Shown in pieces: positions 40,875 to 50,336 of a stretch of DNA of 64,000 nt; position 1 is the stretch's first letter; every line of letters starts with the position of its first letter. Under the pieces are notes generated by a model. The model did not search any database and was not told the origin of the DNA. It was given only the letters and a program-made list of their open reading frames with translations. The position numbers and the translations under genes were made by a program. This DNA is from an uncultured Nitrososphaerota archaeon. GTDB lineage: Archaea > Thermoproteota > Nitrososphaeria > Nitrososphaerales > Nitrosopumilaceae. Location: contig OY969559.1 in NCBI GenBank assembly GCA_963701075.1, forward strand, positions 96,001 to 160,000, given 5' to 3'.

Positions 40875-41308
40875 ATAAAAGAATCCTAATTGCTGTAGGT
40901 GTGGCAATTGTGGCTATAACACTGACAATCACATATCTTGAACAAGGAGAATCCAAGGTTACTACCGTCAGCAATTCCACATCTAATGTGATACAATCAA
41001 CCAACCAATCTCCAGCTACGACCATTGCCTTTGTCACAGACAAATCATCTTACAGCATGGGAGACGCAATTGTAATCTCAGGTGATGTCAAATCACCAGT
41101 CGCTGGAACTCCAGTAACAATATTGATTCTTGATCCAAATAATTTACTTTTACAAGCTGAGCGAATTTCTGTTTCTCCAGATGGTAGCTTTCAAACTACA
41201 ATCACGACTACCCCTGCTATTTGGAAACTTGGTGGAACATATGCCGTATCAATACAATATGGTTCGTCCAATGTCAAGGCCCAAAAAACATTCTACTTTG
41301 CAGGTTGA
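40871..41308 (+). CDS. membrane-anchored Ig-like protein
   Basis: N-terminal TM; TDKSSY..GD.IVISG. Confidence 0.8.
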   Translation: MNKRILIAVGVAIVAITLTITYLEQGESKVTTVSNSTSNVIQSTNQSPATTIAFVTDKSSYSMGDAIVISGDVKSPVAGTPVTILILDPNNLLLQAERISVSPDGSFQTTITTTPAIWKLGGTYAVSIQYGSSNVKAQKTFYFAG

Positions 41309-41407
41309 GTGTTTGAGTCCTGTAAAACTTAGACTCTCGCAGGTCTGAACCCCAAAAATTCGATATTTGTGCAATATGCATTTTGAGATATACTTTCAGT
41401 TCTTCTC

Positions 41408-42172
41408 TTATTGTAACCTAGGATCATGACAGGTAGGAAGGTAAGAAAGATACGACTTTAGGGTTCCATTACAGTCTTGTTTGATAGTGTTTATTGCATG
41501 AATACAAGTGGTAGAATTAGAAATTGTAGTATTGACACATTCGTTTAGAATGTTTTCTGTTTCGTTGTTAAGGTTATTGAATACTGTTACATTAATTGCT
41601 GTCGAACTGGGGGCAGTGGATTGCTGTGATGGAGTTGTAGTTTGTCCCATGTTTACCATTTGTGGTATTCTTGGATCATCACAGGCTGTCATGTTTGGAT
41701 AAGTAAAACATGACTTTTTAATCTGTAACATCAACGACTGGCACTCTGAAATAGTATTTACATCACTTGCGTGAGAACACTGATCGAGTCCCTGTAATAT
41801 ATCAGCATTCATTTTTGATTCTGTGGATGAACCCTGTGTTTGTGTGCTAGCAATTATACCATCCACTGTAGATAAAAACTGATCAATTCTTGGATCGTTG
41901 CAAGCAGATACAGAAGAGAAAGTGGAGTTACCACATTCGTTTTTAACAAAAGTCATTGTTTCTTTACAATTTTTCAGATCCCCTATTGAAGAGGCATTAT
42001 CACATATAGCAATGGTATTAAGAATTTTTTCATTTATTTGTGATGTTGATTGTTCGGTTTGATTGGTGGTCTGTTGCACTTCATGAAGCTGAGATGGCAG
42101 AACAATTAGAATAATCACAATACCAAAAATAAGACTTGTAATACTAATAATGAATTTACCTACCGCTTTCAT
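41408..42172 (-). CDS. membrane-anchored protein with three 4-Cys helical repeats ending C.DPR
   Basis: Repeats end in CNDPRI, CDDPRI, CHDPRL. Confidence 0.8.
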   Translation of the reverse strand: MKAVGKFIISITSLIFGIVIILIVLPSQLHEVQQTTNQTEQSTSQINEKILNTIAICDNASSIGDLKNCKETMTFVKNECGNSTFSSVSACNDPRIDQFLSTVDGIIASTQTQGSSTESKMNADILQGLDQCSHASDVNTISECQSLMLQIKKSCFTYPNMTACDDPRIPQMVNMGQTTTPSQQSTAPSSTAINVTVFNNLNNETENILNECVNTTISNSTTCIHAINTIKQDCNGTLKSYLSYLPTCHDPRLQ

Positions 42173-42366
42173 ATAGTTTCTTATAATCTCTGTTGAGTAT
42201 TTATGATTCTCTAACGAAGTTGTAATGAATCCTAAATGCTTCTACGGTTTTTGTTCAAACTCTTACAGGTCTACGCTATACACGTATTACACGTCTTGCT
42301 TTCTGCCTTCGAAATTTTCAAATATTGTCTTTTCTCTGGACAAAGTTGCAAAAGTCTTGACCTGAT

Positions 42367-43467
42367 TTAACAAAGAACAAACGTCGAGCCTTCTAGTAGT
42401 TGTGTGTCTATGTTAGATTGAAATTCTTTTATCATGATACCGTTTGCAGTTGCCGTCATCAGTCCTATTGAAGGATTGTATTGGTTTGTTAGCAATGCAC
42501 TTCCACCAAGACCAGAAAATTCTGTTTTTGGGTACATTGCAATAGACCCTCCTGTATCAGAGGCAAGGCTTGAAAGAAATGCGGTTTCCTGGCTGCCAAA
42601 ACTACACATGGGTTGAGGAACAAACAATATCTCTGATGCTCCGGGCCACAACCCTATCTTGGTTACATTATTCTGCGGAGATACTGCAAAGATATTTCCT
42701 GTACCTGGGTCAGGTACTAGGATATCTCCCCCATAGGTACCAAAGCTTGACGGTGCCACTACCGCACTACCAATTCTATCATGACCACTTTCTCTTATTG
42801 GAATTTCAGCTACTTGCGACGATTTACCATTGGAATTTATTTTCCATACCTGATCTCCTCCTGTAACAATCATATCATATCCAAAGGAACCTGTCCTGTC
42901 AAATGTAATGTATACGTCTGGACCAAGCGGCGGCAGGTTGGTTTCAAACAAGCTTGTCTTGCCGTCAAAACCTATCTTCCAGATGTCAACTTGGCCCCAC
43001 GTACCCTGTGCCAGATAGATATATCCTGTTGGAAATCCGCCAAGACCAGACGAGATGGCAAGATGATCCGTCTGCTGACATCCAAACGGTGCAGGCAAAG
43101 AAGCAATTATTGTCTGCGTGCCGGAATTATCAATTGATAAAATTTCGCTTTGAAAATCATACGAGCTGCAATCATATGCAGTAAATCCTGGACATACTGA
43201 TGCACCTGTCATATCAAAACCGTACTCGTAATCTCCTTGAAGTGCACATGTTCTATGAATGACAAACACATGATTACTATCTGCTGCCACATCGATTGGC
43301 TGATAGACGGAAATTAATGAGATTGCGTTCAAGCCTGATGGCTCGGCTGATACTGATTGACTAAAAAACAAGAAAAACATCATAGACGTTACTGCATATG
43401 CTAGAAAATTTTTTCTGAAAGAAGAGTTGAGTTTATTTGTCAATCTAGTGATAATAACGTGTTTCAT
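42367..43467 (-). CDS. secreted probable beta-propeller protein
   Basis: Signal peptide; repeated blades (GGFPTGYIYLA, GSFGYDMIVT, GTYGGDILV). Confidence 0.7.
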   Translation of the reverse strand: MKHVIITRLTNKLNSSFRKNFLAYAVTSMMFFLFFSQSVSAEPSGLNAISLISVYQPIDVAADSNHVFVIHRTCALQGDYEYGFDMTGASVCPGFTAYDCSSYDFQSEILSIDNSGTQTIIASLPAPFGCQQTDHLAISSGLGGFPTGYIYLAQGTWGQVDIWKIGFDGKTSLFETNLPPLGPDVYITFDRTGSFGYDMIVTGGDQVWKINSNGKSSQVAEIPIRESGHDRIGSAVVAPSSFGTYGGDILVPDPGTGNIFAVSPQNNVTKIGLWPGASEILFVPQPMCSFGSQETAFLSSLASDTGGSIAMYPKTEFSGLGGSALLTNQYNPSIGLMTATANGIMIKEFQSNIDTQLLEGSTFVLC

Positions 43468-43520
43468 TAGTAAAAGGGTTTCAGTAGTAAGTTCTTTTAT
43501 AAGTTAGAAAAAAGAATTGT

Positions 43521-44120
43521 ATGGCAATGCCCAAGATAGTGTTCCTTGCAGCTTTATGCATTACCACTACAGGATTATTTGCATTGTCTGAAAATTTTCT
43601 GATATCAAATATGGTACTTCCTGATGCATATGGGGTAGGATCTCACTCAAGGGGTTTTGCCTCACTTATAGGAGTTGATATTGGGCACTGCACCGATTCT
43701 CTTCCATGCAATGTTCATGTATGTGCAGATCACGTGTGCAGTACTGAGGAATGGGAGAAGATGAACCAGCAGATCACCAATCTCCAGTCAAAAAAAATAG
43801 GAAACCTAACCTCGTCTGCAGCGGGAATAATGAATACTGTTGACACCTTTAACATTGGCAGCAACACCTTCACGTCCTTTGTGCAAGTATCATACATTGG
43901 AAACCTTACGGCAAATTACATCGATATATCTCAACTAAACAATGACACCACAATACACAATGCATGGATATCAAGCAACTGGAATGCAGATATAACACAG
44001 ACAGGCGTTGCATTTCATTCTACCAACTCACATATTTCTAATGGCAAGACAATTGATATTACAATGGTGACACAGGGCAAGCCAATTTTCAGGCTTGACG
44101 ACATATCCTTACAAAACTAG
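43521..44120 (+). CDS. secreted hypothetical protein with N-terminal Cys cluster
   Basis: Signal peptide; C....PC..HVCADHVC. Confidence 0.7.
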   Translation: MAMPKIVFLAALCITTTGLFALSENFLISNMVLPDAYGVGSHSRGFASLIGVDIGHCTDSLPCNVHVCADHVCSTEEWEKMNQQITNLQSKKIGNLTSSAAGIMNTVDTFNIGSNTFTSFVQVSYIGNLTANYIDISQLNNDTTIHNAWISSNWNADITQTGVAFHSTNSHISNGKTIDITMVTQGKPIFRLDDISLQN

Positions 44121-44158
44121 ATTCTGTATAATTTACTCTCAAATAATTTTAGAAAATT

Positions 44159-44938
44159 TTATGTTACGACTATCTGAAATGATTGTTCAGGTGACAGAGG
44201 AACTGCATCACGGATTGCATTCCAGACAAATACTTGGATTGTATATGTATCTGCCTTGTCTGGCTGCCATGATTGTGAGGCATTAACTGATTGCATGGCA
44301 GTTAAAATTCCTGTAATCCATGAGAGTGATACCACAATGTCGTCTTTGTCCTTTACCTGTACAAGATAGACAAATGGTTGTGTATCCTGTGTGTTTTGAA
44401 GTTTTGTTGTTATCTGAACCTGTTGTCCGGTCTTTACTGAAGAGATAAGATTGCCATCCGAGTCAGTAATTTGTGGACTGGATGTTTGTATAGACATGAT
44501 GTTAGTTGTAGGCAAGATTAATGCCTTGGCTGTAAAGATCAGTTGCTGCGTTGAAAGATATGGGGGCGGCAGTGTTCTATCAATGTATTCTGCTGTAACC
44601 GTATCTCCCACTGAAACATGAAGTCTATTTCCAGAAGATGAATAATTGGTTGAAAAATAGACATTTCCTGTAAATACGCCTGAGTTTGGCGCAGTTTCTA
44701 CCATTTGAAGTCTTATGCCGCTTTGGTCCGAATCAGACCAGACGCTTGTCTCAAAAGTAGATATCGTCATAGGGTTGAGGCTCAGGTCCCTGTCCACAAT
44801 CTCCACCACACCAGTAGAGTTTGGAGGATAGGTTGATTGCTGCCAATTTATTATCTGATTTTGAGCAGTTACTGTGGAAAATGCTGTCGGCATCAGAATC
44901 AGAAAGAGCAAGCCACTTAGCGATATGATTTTCTGCAA
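44159..44938 (-). CDS. mini S-layer-like protein (paralog of SlaA C-terminal domains)
   Basis: VWSDSD, SSGNRLHVS.GDTVT.EY, TLPPPY, VKTGQQ.QI, QPF.YLVQ, VSLSWITG shared with the last ~240 aa of SlaA. Confidence 0.88.
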   Translation of the reverse strand: MQKIISLSGLLFLILMPTAFSTVTAQNQIINWQQSTYPPNSTGVVEIVDRDLSLNPMTISTFETSVWSDSDQSGIRLQMVETAPNSGVFTGNVYFSTNYSSSGNRLHVSVGDTVTAEYIDRTLPPPYLSTQQLIFTAKALILPTTNIMSIQTSSPQITDSDGNLISSVKTGQQVQITTKLQNTQDTQPFVYLVQVKDKDDIVVSLSWITGILTAMQSVNASQSWQPDKADTYTIQVFVWNAIRDAVPLSPEQSFQIVVT

Positions 44939-44994
44939 GCGCTAATGAGTATGTGTAATTGTTTTAATTGGTTTCTTTTTGCCCATGACCAAGC

Positions 44995-45056
44995 TTAGGA
45001 ATTTTAAAATCAGCGGGTCTAGTGGGATTCGCAACCATAGTTCATTTCAGGTTCCG
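44995..45056. repeat. att-like direct repeat A (tRNA-Lys 3' end plus element arm)
   Basis: agcgggtctagtgggatt (45012-45029) is identical to 47585-47602; followed by catagttcatttcaggttccg. Confidence 0.85.
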
Positions 45057-45143
45057 CCCAGACATTGCCTGCAAGAGCCTTTGTACGAGTGCGCATAATG
45101 ATTCCAAGAATACCAATAATAAGAAGTTAGTAGTAGTTAATAC

Positions 45144-45296
45144 ATGCAGTCCTCTACAAAAAAGTCAAAAGAGATGCCAGAACTATCTCCTGAGACTGAA
45201 GAGAAGGTCAAAATGATCGAATCTGGCAAAGTTACTGGTAAGAAGTATACGCCAGATGAATACATAAAACATATTGAGAAAGTCTTAGAAGATTAA
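45144..45296 (+). CDS. putative antitoxin, 50 aa (not in ORF track)
   Basis: MQSSTKKSKEMPELSPETEEKVKMIESGKVTGKKYTPDEYIKHIEKVLED*; ends 3 nt before the RelE-like gene. Confidence 0.65.
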   Translation: MQSSTKKSKEMPELSPETEEKVKMIESGKVTGKKYTPDEYIKHIEKVLED

Positions 45297-45299
45297 TCC

Positions 45300-45587
45300 T
45301 TGTGGTTTGTTCAACCTGTTGATGATACAATAGATAAGAAACTAAAGAAGTTCAAAAGTAATCAACAACTAGTCAAGAATTACAAAATGTTTATTGTAGA
45401 ATTAAAGACTGCTGACGACCCAAGATTGTTGGGAGAACTTAAGCATGGTAGACTTCAAAATTGTTTTGGCAAACACCTTACCAAATCTCATAGTTTGATA
45501 TATTATGTGGATGTCCAAAAAAGAACCGTCTTTCTAATTGACTTAGATGACCACAAGAATCTTTATGGTAGAGATAACAGAAGTTAG
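45300..45587 (+). CDS. RelE/ParE/YafQ-superfamily toxin
   Basis: 95-aa basic protein; K.LKK...DP.LLG..KHG.L...HSLIY.V......FLIDLDDHKNLY pattern. Confidence 0.7.
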   Translation: MWFVQPVDDTIDKKLKKFKSNQQLVKNYKMFIVELKTADDPRLLGELKHGRLQNCFGKHLTKSHSLIYYVDVQKRTVFLIDLDDHKNLYGRDNRS

Positions 45588-45605
45588 TCTCAGTTACGGC
45601 TGGAA

Positions 45606-45669
45606 TTAAGAATTTTAGAGGCAGCAGGTCTAGTTGGATTTGCTACCACATAGTTCATTTCAGGTTCCG
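45606..45669. repeat. att-like direct repeat B (degenerate copy of repeat A)
   Basis: ttaagaattttagaggcagcaggtctagttggatttgctaccacatagttcatttcaggttccg aligns to 44995-45056. Confidence 0.85.
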
Positions 45670-45752
45670 TTTGGTGTCTCATTACTTCAAAAACCTAGAA
45701 GTGCGTGGAGGTTTATAGCATGAACAAGGAATTGTTAACGCATGCACTAGAA

Positions 45753-47465
45753 CTAATTTTTTTCTAGTCTTAATGCAGTGATAAATGATGAACCGTCAGC
45801 TAGAGAAAAATTAATTGTTTTAACTTGCATCTTGTATACGAGTGCAGTGTTTTCAATCGTATAGACTACGGAACAAACTGGATCTTTTTTGGTTTGTTCA
45901 ATTGAAAGTAGAGAACAATCAGGCGGTGTTGGATAGGCATAGATTAGGAAAAGATAGTCATTATCTCTCAAATCTAAAGAGCCTATTTTTTGCATAGGAT
46001 CGTGGAATTTTCCTAATTCTTCCATCTGCGGTAATGTCCATTGTAATGTAATTGGAATAACATTGCCGTTAGTATAGAAAGGAATAACCTTAGCGGTAAA
46101 AAAATCAACGGAGACGATTTTTAAATGATTTTGGTTTGCATAATCATAAATTTTTTCATATACCTTCGAGGTATCAGCAGTAGAAGAATGATCTAGAGTG
46201 TTAAATCCGCTAGCCAGAAGCGGTAGCTGTGTCAACCCAACTATTACAATAGATGAAATAAGTAAATAATTAATTTTTCTCGAAGACAATAGCAATCTTG
46301 CTTTCCCCATATTGTTAGAAATGATATCAAAGCCTTTACCAATAGATAGAAACATGAATGGTAAAATTACGCTCATTTGAATTGGTAAAAATTCAGATAC
46401 TGTAAATGAACTCGATATGAAAATTCCGCTGATTATTAAAAAAATAGATGCAATTCTTCTTGATTCTTTTTTTCTTTTTACCACATACCATATGGAAACA
46501 ATTGTGGTCAATAAGAAAATGGCTGGGAAAACATAACTTGTAACATTCCATGAATGGTTAGAGTTTGCAAATAAAAATGCAACTTGTGGATGAGCTAGAA
46601 AATCATATACATCGTGAATGCGCATACTCATATTAGATATAAAATCAGTGTTAGACGCATGGAGATATGCTGAATTATCTCCCGAAACTGTTTTTGTTAG
46701 AAATGGAATTAGTGAATGAACTGAGCTAATGAAATACCCTACCAGCACATGACTGAACCCAAGGACAAGAGCTGTGCTTGACACAGCAATAATCTTATAT
46801 TTACTTTGGCTGGAGGCTGTAAATCTGTTCTTGAATTTGTTTATCCATAATGGTATAGTAAACATAAACCCAATGATTATCCAGACAAACCAGAGATATT
46901 CGTAAACACCAATTCCGATAAGTAATAATGCAACAAACAGATAGCGATGTTTAAGTGTCCTGAGATATCGTATACCAAATATTAAAACAAGCAACGCTAT
47001 GCAAAGATCTGACCAATCATACAATGCTGACTGCCTAGAATAAAAAACAAATGACGGTAGAATAGAAAGTAGAGATGCAGAGATCATACCTACTTTCTTA
47101 CAAAATATTTCTTTACCTGTAAAATACGTTAAAAATAATACTGAAATGGCCATAACCATTTCGTATATTCTTATTGCAGTAACGCTTATACCAAAAAAAT
47201 ACAAAAAAGGAGTTGAAAGATAGCTTGCTATGCCATTTCCGTTATACTGTTGCCATGCTAAAGGATATGGTCCTATATGTGCTCCCCACTGACGTGAATA
47301 ATGATACAGATCTGAATTGTCAGAAGAAATTAATGATAAAGACATTATAGATGGCGAAGTTTCGTCTGCCCAAAGTGGCGGCAAACCAAAATCATAGAAA
47401 TGGAATCCAGATGTCACAAGTGCAATGGATAAAAGAAAGTACAATTCAGAGTTTTTGAGAAACAT
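45753..47465 (-). CDS. ArnT/PMT-family (GT-C) membrane glycosyltransferase
   Basis: LPPLWADE loop after the first TM, FGISVTAIR, PSFVFYSR, many TM helices; visibly AT-rich. Confidence 0.82.
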   Translation of the reverse strand: MFLKNSELYFLLSIALVTSGFHFYDFGLPPLWADETSPSIMSLSLISSDNSDLYHYSRQWGAHIGPYPLAWQQYNGNGIASYLSTPFLYFFGISVTAIRIYEMVMAISVLFLTYFTGKEIFCKKVGMISASLLSILPSFVFYSRQSALYDWSDLCIALLVLIFGIRYLRTLKHRYLFVALLLIGIGVYEYLWFVWIIIGFMFTIPLWINKFKNRFTASSQSKYKIIAVSSTALVLGFSHVLVGYFISSVHSLIPFLTKTVSGDNSAYLHASNTDFISNMSMRIHDVYDFLAHPQVAFLFANSNHSWNVTSYVFPAIFLLTTIVSIWYVVKRKKESRRIASIFLIISGIFISSSFTVSEFLPIQMSVILPFMFLSIGKGFDIISNNMGKARLLLSSRKINYLLISSIVIVGLTQLPLLASGFNTLDHSSTADTSKVYEKIYDYANQNHLKIVSVDFFTAKVIPFYTNGNVIPITLQWTLPQMEELGKFHDPMQKIGSLDLRDNDYLFLIYAYPTPPDCSLLSIEQTKKDPVCSVVYTIENTALVYKMQVKTINFSLADGSSFITALRLEKN

Positions 47466-47586
47466 ATCCTTAACTTATAAAAGATGCTTCTAAATAAACA
47501 CGCATTCCCAAGTGAGAATGGGTTTGTCAAAATTTAAAATCTTGATTACAATTTTTCATTTCATATTGAAATCTAATTCATAAAAG

Positions 47587-47676
47587 CGGGTCTAGTGGGA
47601 TTTGAACCCACGACATAGGGATGTCTCCGAAAAGATCATAAGAGTCCCTCGCTCTACCTGGCTGAGCCATAGACCC
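47587..47676 (-). tRNA. tRNA-Lys(CTT) with 16-nt intron (47623-47638)
   Basis: Minus strand GGGTCTA/TAGACCC acceptor stem, aggga-CTCTTA[tgatcttttcggagac]A-tccct anticodon arm with canonical 37/38 intron, GTTCAAATC T-loop. Confidence 0.92.
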
Positions 47677-47730
47677 GCAAAATAGCAAACGCTAAATTCG
47701 TTATTTAAACTTGCCAAAAATAAGATGAAT

Positions 47731-48328
47731 TTAGTTTTTGACTGTCTCGATTTGAGAATATTTTTCCAGTATTTTTGTCAATACTGTAGAAACTGGAACA
47801 TTGTTCATCTTCTCTTTTTCTTCCAAGAGTTTTCGGTATGCATCAAGTGTGATGTATACTGGAATTGAACCATTGCCTTCCAATAGTCCACGAACTCTGT
47901 ACAGCGCAGTCTCCATTCCCTTCTCGGCAACTTTTGCAAACTTGACCTTGTTGAGAATTCCACCCAGAGGACCAAATGGCATTTCATAGTTTACTGTCAT
48001 GGTAACGCGGGTTGATTTCTCACCCAGTTCCTTGAACTCTACTGAAATATTCCATGCTTTGAATGGTCCTTTGATCATTTTCAGCTGCAATCTTTTGTTC
48101 TGGTATAAACTCAGTTGTTTCACAGTCCCACTCTAGTCTCTTGCCATCAAAGTCACCTATCACTCTAAAGGTTGTACCTACACCCATTCCTGCCTTTACA
48201 TCCATAGGAACTACGGTCATTCCTACTCGCTCTTCGAACTGGTCAGAAATGTGCTCTGGTCTTGCAAAGTATGTAAAAACATTCAAGGTCTTCTCTTTGA
48301 TGTCAATTGATTTACTGACAGATGTCAT
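47731..48328 (-). CDS. SRPBCC (START-like) family protein; apparent +1 frameshift at ~48082
   Basis: MTSVSKSIDI..VF.YFARPE...TEFIPEQKIAA joins KMIKGPFKAWN...YEMPFGPLGGIL after removing one base. Confidence 0.82.
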
Positions 48329-48460
48329 ATACAGTGGGCAATCTTTTTCAACTTGATTTAAAGCTTTTGCTAATTTCCAGCGATCGTAAGACTTGGAGGG
48401 AATAGTTGAAGCATTCTCAGCTGTTCTGATTTGCGTCTTATGGTGTTGATCTAACAATAG

Positions 48461-49743
48461 GTTCTGTCAAGTTTATTGCTCATGAACTATCAAATAGATC
48501 GCAGTTATTGCAAAATAACCTCCTGATTTATTATATCGTATCAGCAGAATCTCCACACACTTGTTAGCTACCAAATCCATCAAACAATCATACCAACAAA
48601 ACAATGATCTTGACAGCATGATGGAAACATTTCGACAGATGGTAAACTATTGTATAAGATTGGGTCTTGAAAGCAATATTTCCACTCTAAAGAAATTCTC
48701 ATCACTTCATTACAAAGATCTAGAAAAATACAACATTCAATCAAAATACAAGCTTACTGCCATGTCTCAAGCTTGTGGAAGACTTGCGCAAATGAAAAAA
48801 GACATTAAGAAAGGCAAAACTCCAAAGTACCCATACGTACAGAAATCGTTCCTAGTCTCATGTTATGGCTTCAAGATAAACGGTCAATTACTTTCAATCC
48901 CAGTAGGAGATAGAAGACACATCCACATTATACTGAACTATCATACACAAGCAATTCTCTCAGACAAATCACTCAAGGTCAAATCATTTGTAATCACACC
49001 AGATTCAATCAGCCTTTGTGTACAAAAGGAAGTTGAAGAGATTGAATGCAATAGCACCATTGGAATAGACAGGAATCTACGAAATGTCACAGTAGGAAAC
49101 CATGATAAAGTAACAATGTATGACATGTCAGATATACCAGAAATCACACATCGTGCAAAAAAGATTATCTCATCATTCAAAAGAAATGACCATAGAATAA
49201 GACAAAAAATCTACTCCAAGATTAGTAATAGAAGAGCAAGAAGAGTAAAACAATTCCTCAACAGAATCTCAAAAGACATTGTACAAAAAGCAAGAGAATC
49301 CAAATCCATAATAGTATTTGAAGATTTGAAAGGTATTCGTAAACTCTACAAAAAAGGAAATGGTCAAGGGAAAAAATATCGTGGAATTATGAATTCATGG
49401 TCATTCTACGAGTTACAGAGACAGATACAATACAAAGCAGACTGGAAAGGAATTCCAGTACGATTTGTATCACCAGTACGCACCAGCATACTGTGTCCAA
49501 TATGCGGGGATAGAACCCAAGAGGATAGAGCACAACATCGTCAAGTTTGGTGCAGCAGTTGTAAAAAATTAATGGATCGTGACATTGTCGCAGCCATGAA
49601 TATCTCTTACAAGGGGTTGCAAAAGTTCTGCAATCCTAGTGGGCTTTCAGAAAAAGCAATGAGGGGGAACTTGGATAACGCAATGCCAGTAATCCTCCGA
49701 GTCGATGGAAGCAAGTTATCTCAACAACCAGAGATGACAGAAC
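48461..49743 (+). mobile_element. TIR-bounded element carrying only tnpB
   Basis: gttctgtca(agtt) at 48461 and tgacagaac at 49735-49743; no transposase inside. Confidence 0.65.
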
Positions 49744-49766
49744 TTATTAAAGAAAAAGACCAGTAA
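48561..49766 (+). CDS. tnpB: RNA-guided endonuclease TnpB (different subfamily from 6712-7860)
   Basis: RuvC-I GIDRN, RuvC-II IVFEDL, WSFYELQRQIQYKA, CPICG/CSSC zinc finger, RuvC-III DRDIVAAMNI. Confidence 0.93.
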   Translation: MLATKSIKQSYQQNNDLDSMMETFRQMVNYCIRLGLESNISTLKKFSSLHYKDLEKYNIQSKYKLTAMSQACGRLAQMKKDIKKGKTPKYPYVQKSFLVSCYGFKINGQLLSIPVGDRRHIHIILNYHTQAILSDKSLKVKSFVITPDSISLCVQKEVEEIECNSTIGIDRNLRNVTVGNHDKVTMYDMSDIPEITHRAKKIISSFKRNDHRIRQKIYSKISNRRARRVKQFLNRISKDIVQKARESKSIIVFEDLKGIRKLYKKGNGQGKKYRGIMNSWSFYELQRQIQYKADWKGIPVRFVSPVRTSILCPICGDRTQEDRAQHRQVWCSSCKKLMDRDIVAAMNISYKGLQKFCNPSGLSEKAMRGNLDNAMPVILRVDGSKLSQQPEMTELIKEKDQ

Positions 49767-49772
49767 AAAGAG

Positions 49773-50336
49773 ATGGTTAACTTTCGATTTCTAGTTGCCA
49801 TGTTTGCTTTAGTGTTAGTTCTTTCTCCCATGATACAATATGCAAGTGCCCATGAGGATCTAAACTCTGGCGACGAGTCGATAGGAAATTATGAAGTGCA
49901 GGTAGCAACAGACCCTGAGATCCCATCTGCCAACCAGCCTTTCAAATTAAGTTTTAGAGTTCTAAATTACCAATCAGCCTCTAATCTGTTCAATTCATTT
50001 GACACTAGGCTAAGCGAGGTTGATCACTTTAGGATGGGAATTAGAATTTATTACAACAACGAGCTAGTATCAACAATTCCAGTACAAGACTTCAAGGGCG
50101 GGGAGTGGTCTACTAATTACGTGTTTCATGAATCTGGGAACCATGTCATGTTCGTTGATCTCTATGATGTTGGACCTGGCGGACAGCCCCTGACCTTTAT
50201 TTACAATATCAGTGTGCTTGACGTATTTGGCCCACTATTTGTGTATATCATCTCAGCAGGAGGCATGTCATGCTTTGTCTTACTTGGATGGGTAGTAGTT
50301 ACAAATAAAAGAAAAAAAGTAAAATCTAAGCACTAG
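49773..50336 (+). CDS. secreted, membrane-anchored Ig-like protein
   Basis: Signal peptide ending ASA|H (N-terminal His in mature protein), C-terminal TM helix and basic tail. Confidence 0.78.
   Translation: MVNFRFLVAMFALVLVLSPMIQYASAHEDLNSGDESIGNYEVQVATDPEIPSANQPFKLSFRVLNYQSASNLFNSFDTRLSEVDHFRMGIRIYYNNELVSTIPVQDFKGGEWSTNYVFHESGNHVMFVDLYDVGPGGQPLTFIYNISVLDVFGPLFVYIISAGGMSCFVLLGWVVVTNKRKKVKSKH

Noticed and set aside
41331-42272. Weak direct repeat agactctcgcaggtct (41331) / aaactcttacaggtct (42257) flanking the Cys-repeat gene
   Set aside because: Only 13 of 16 positions match; too short to distinguish from chance without comparative data.
48561-49766. Cas12f / type V CRISPR effector
   Set aside because: No CRISPR array or cas1/cas2/cas4 adjacent; transposon-like ends instead.
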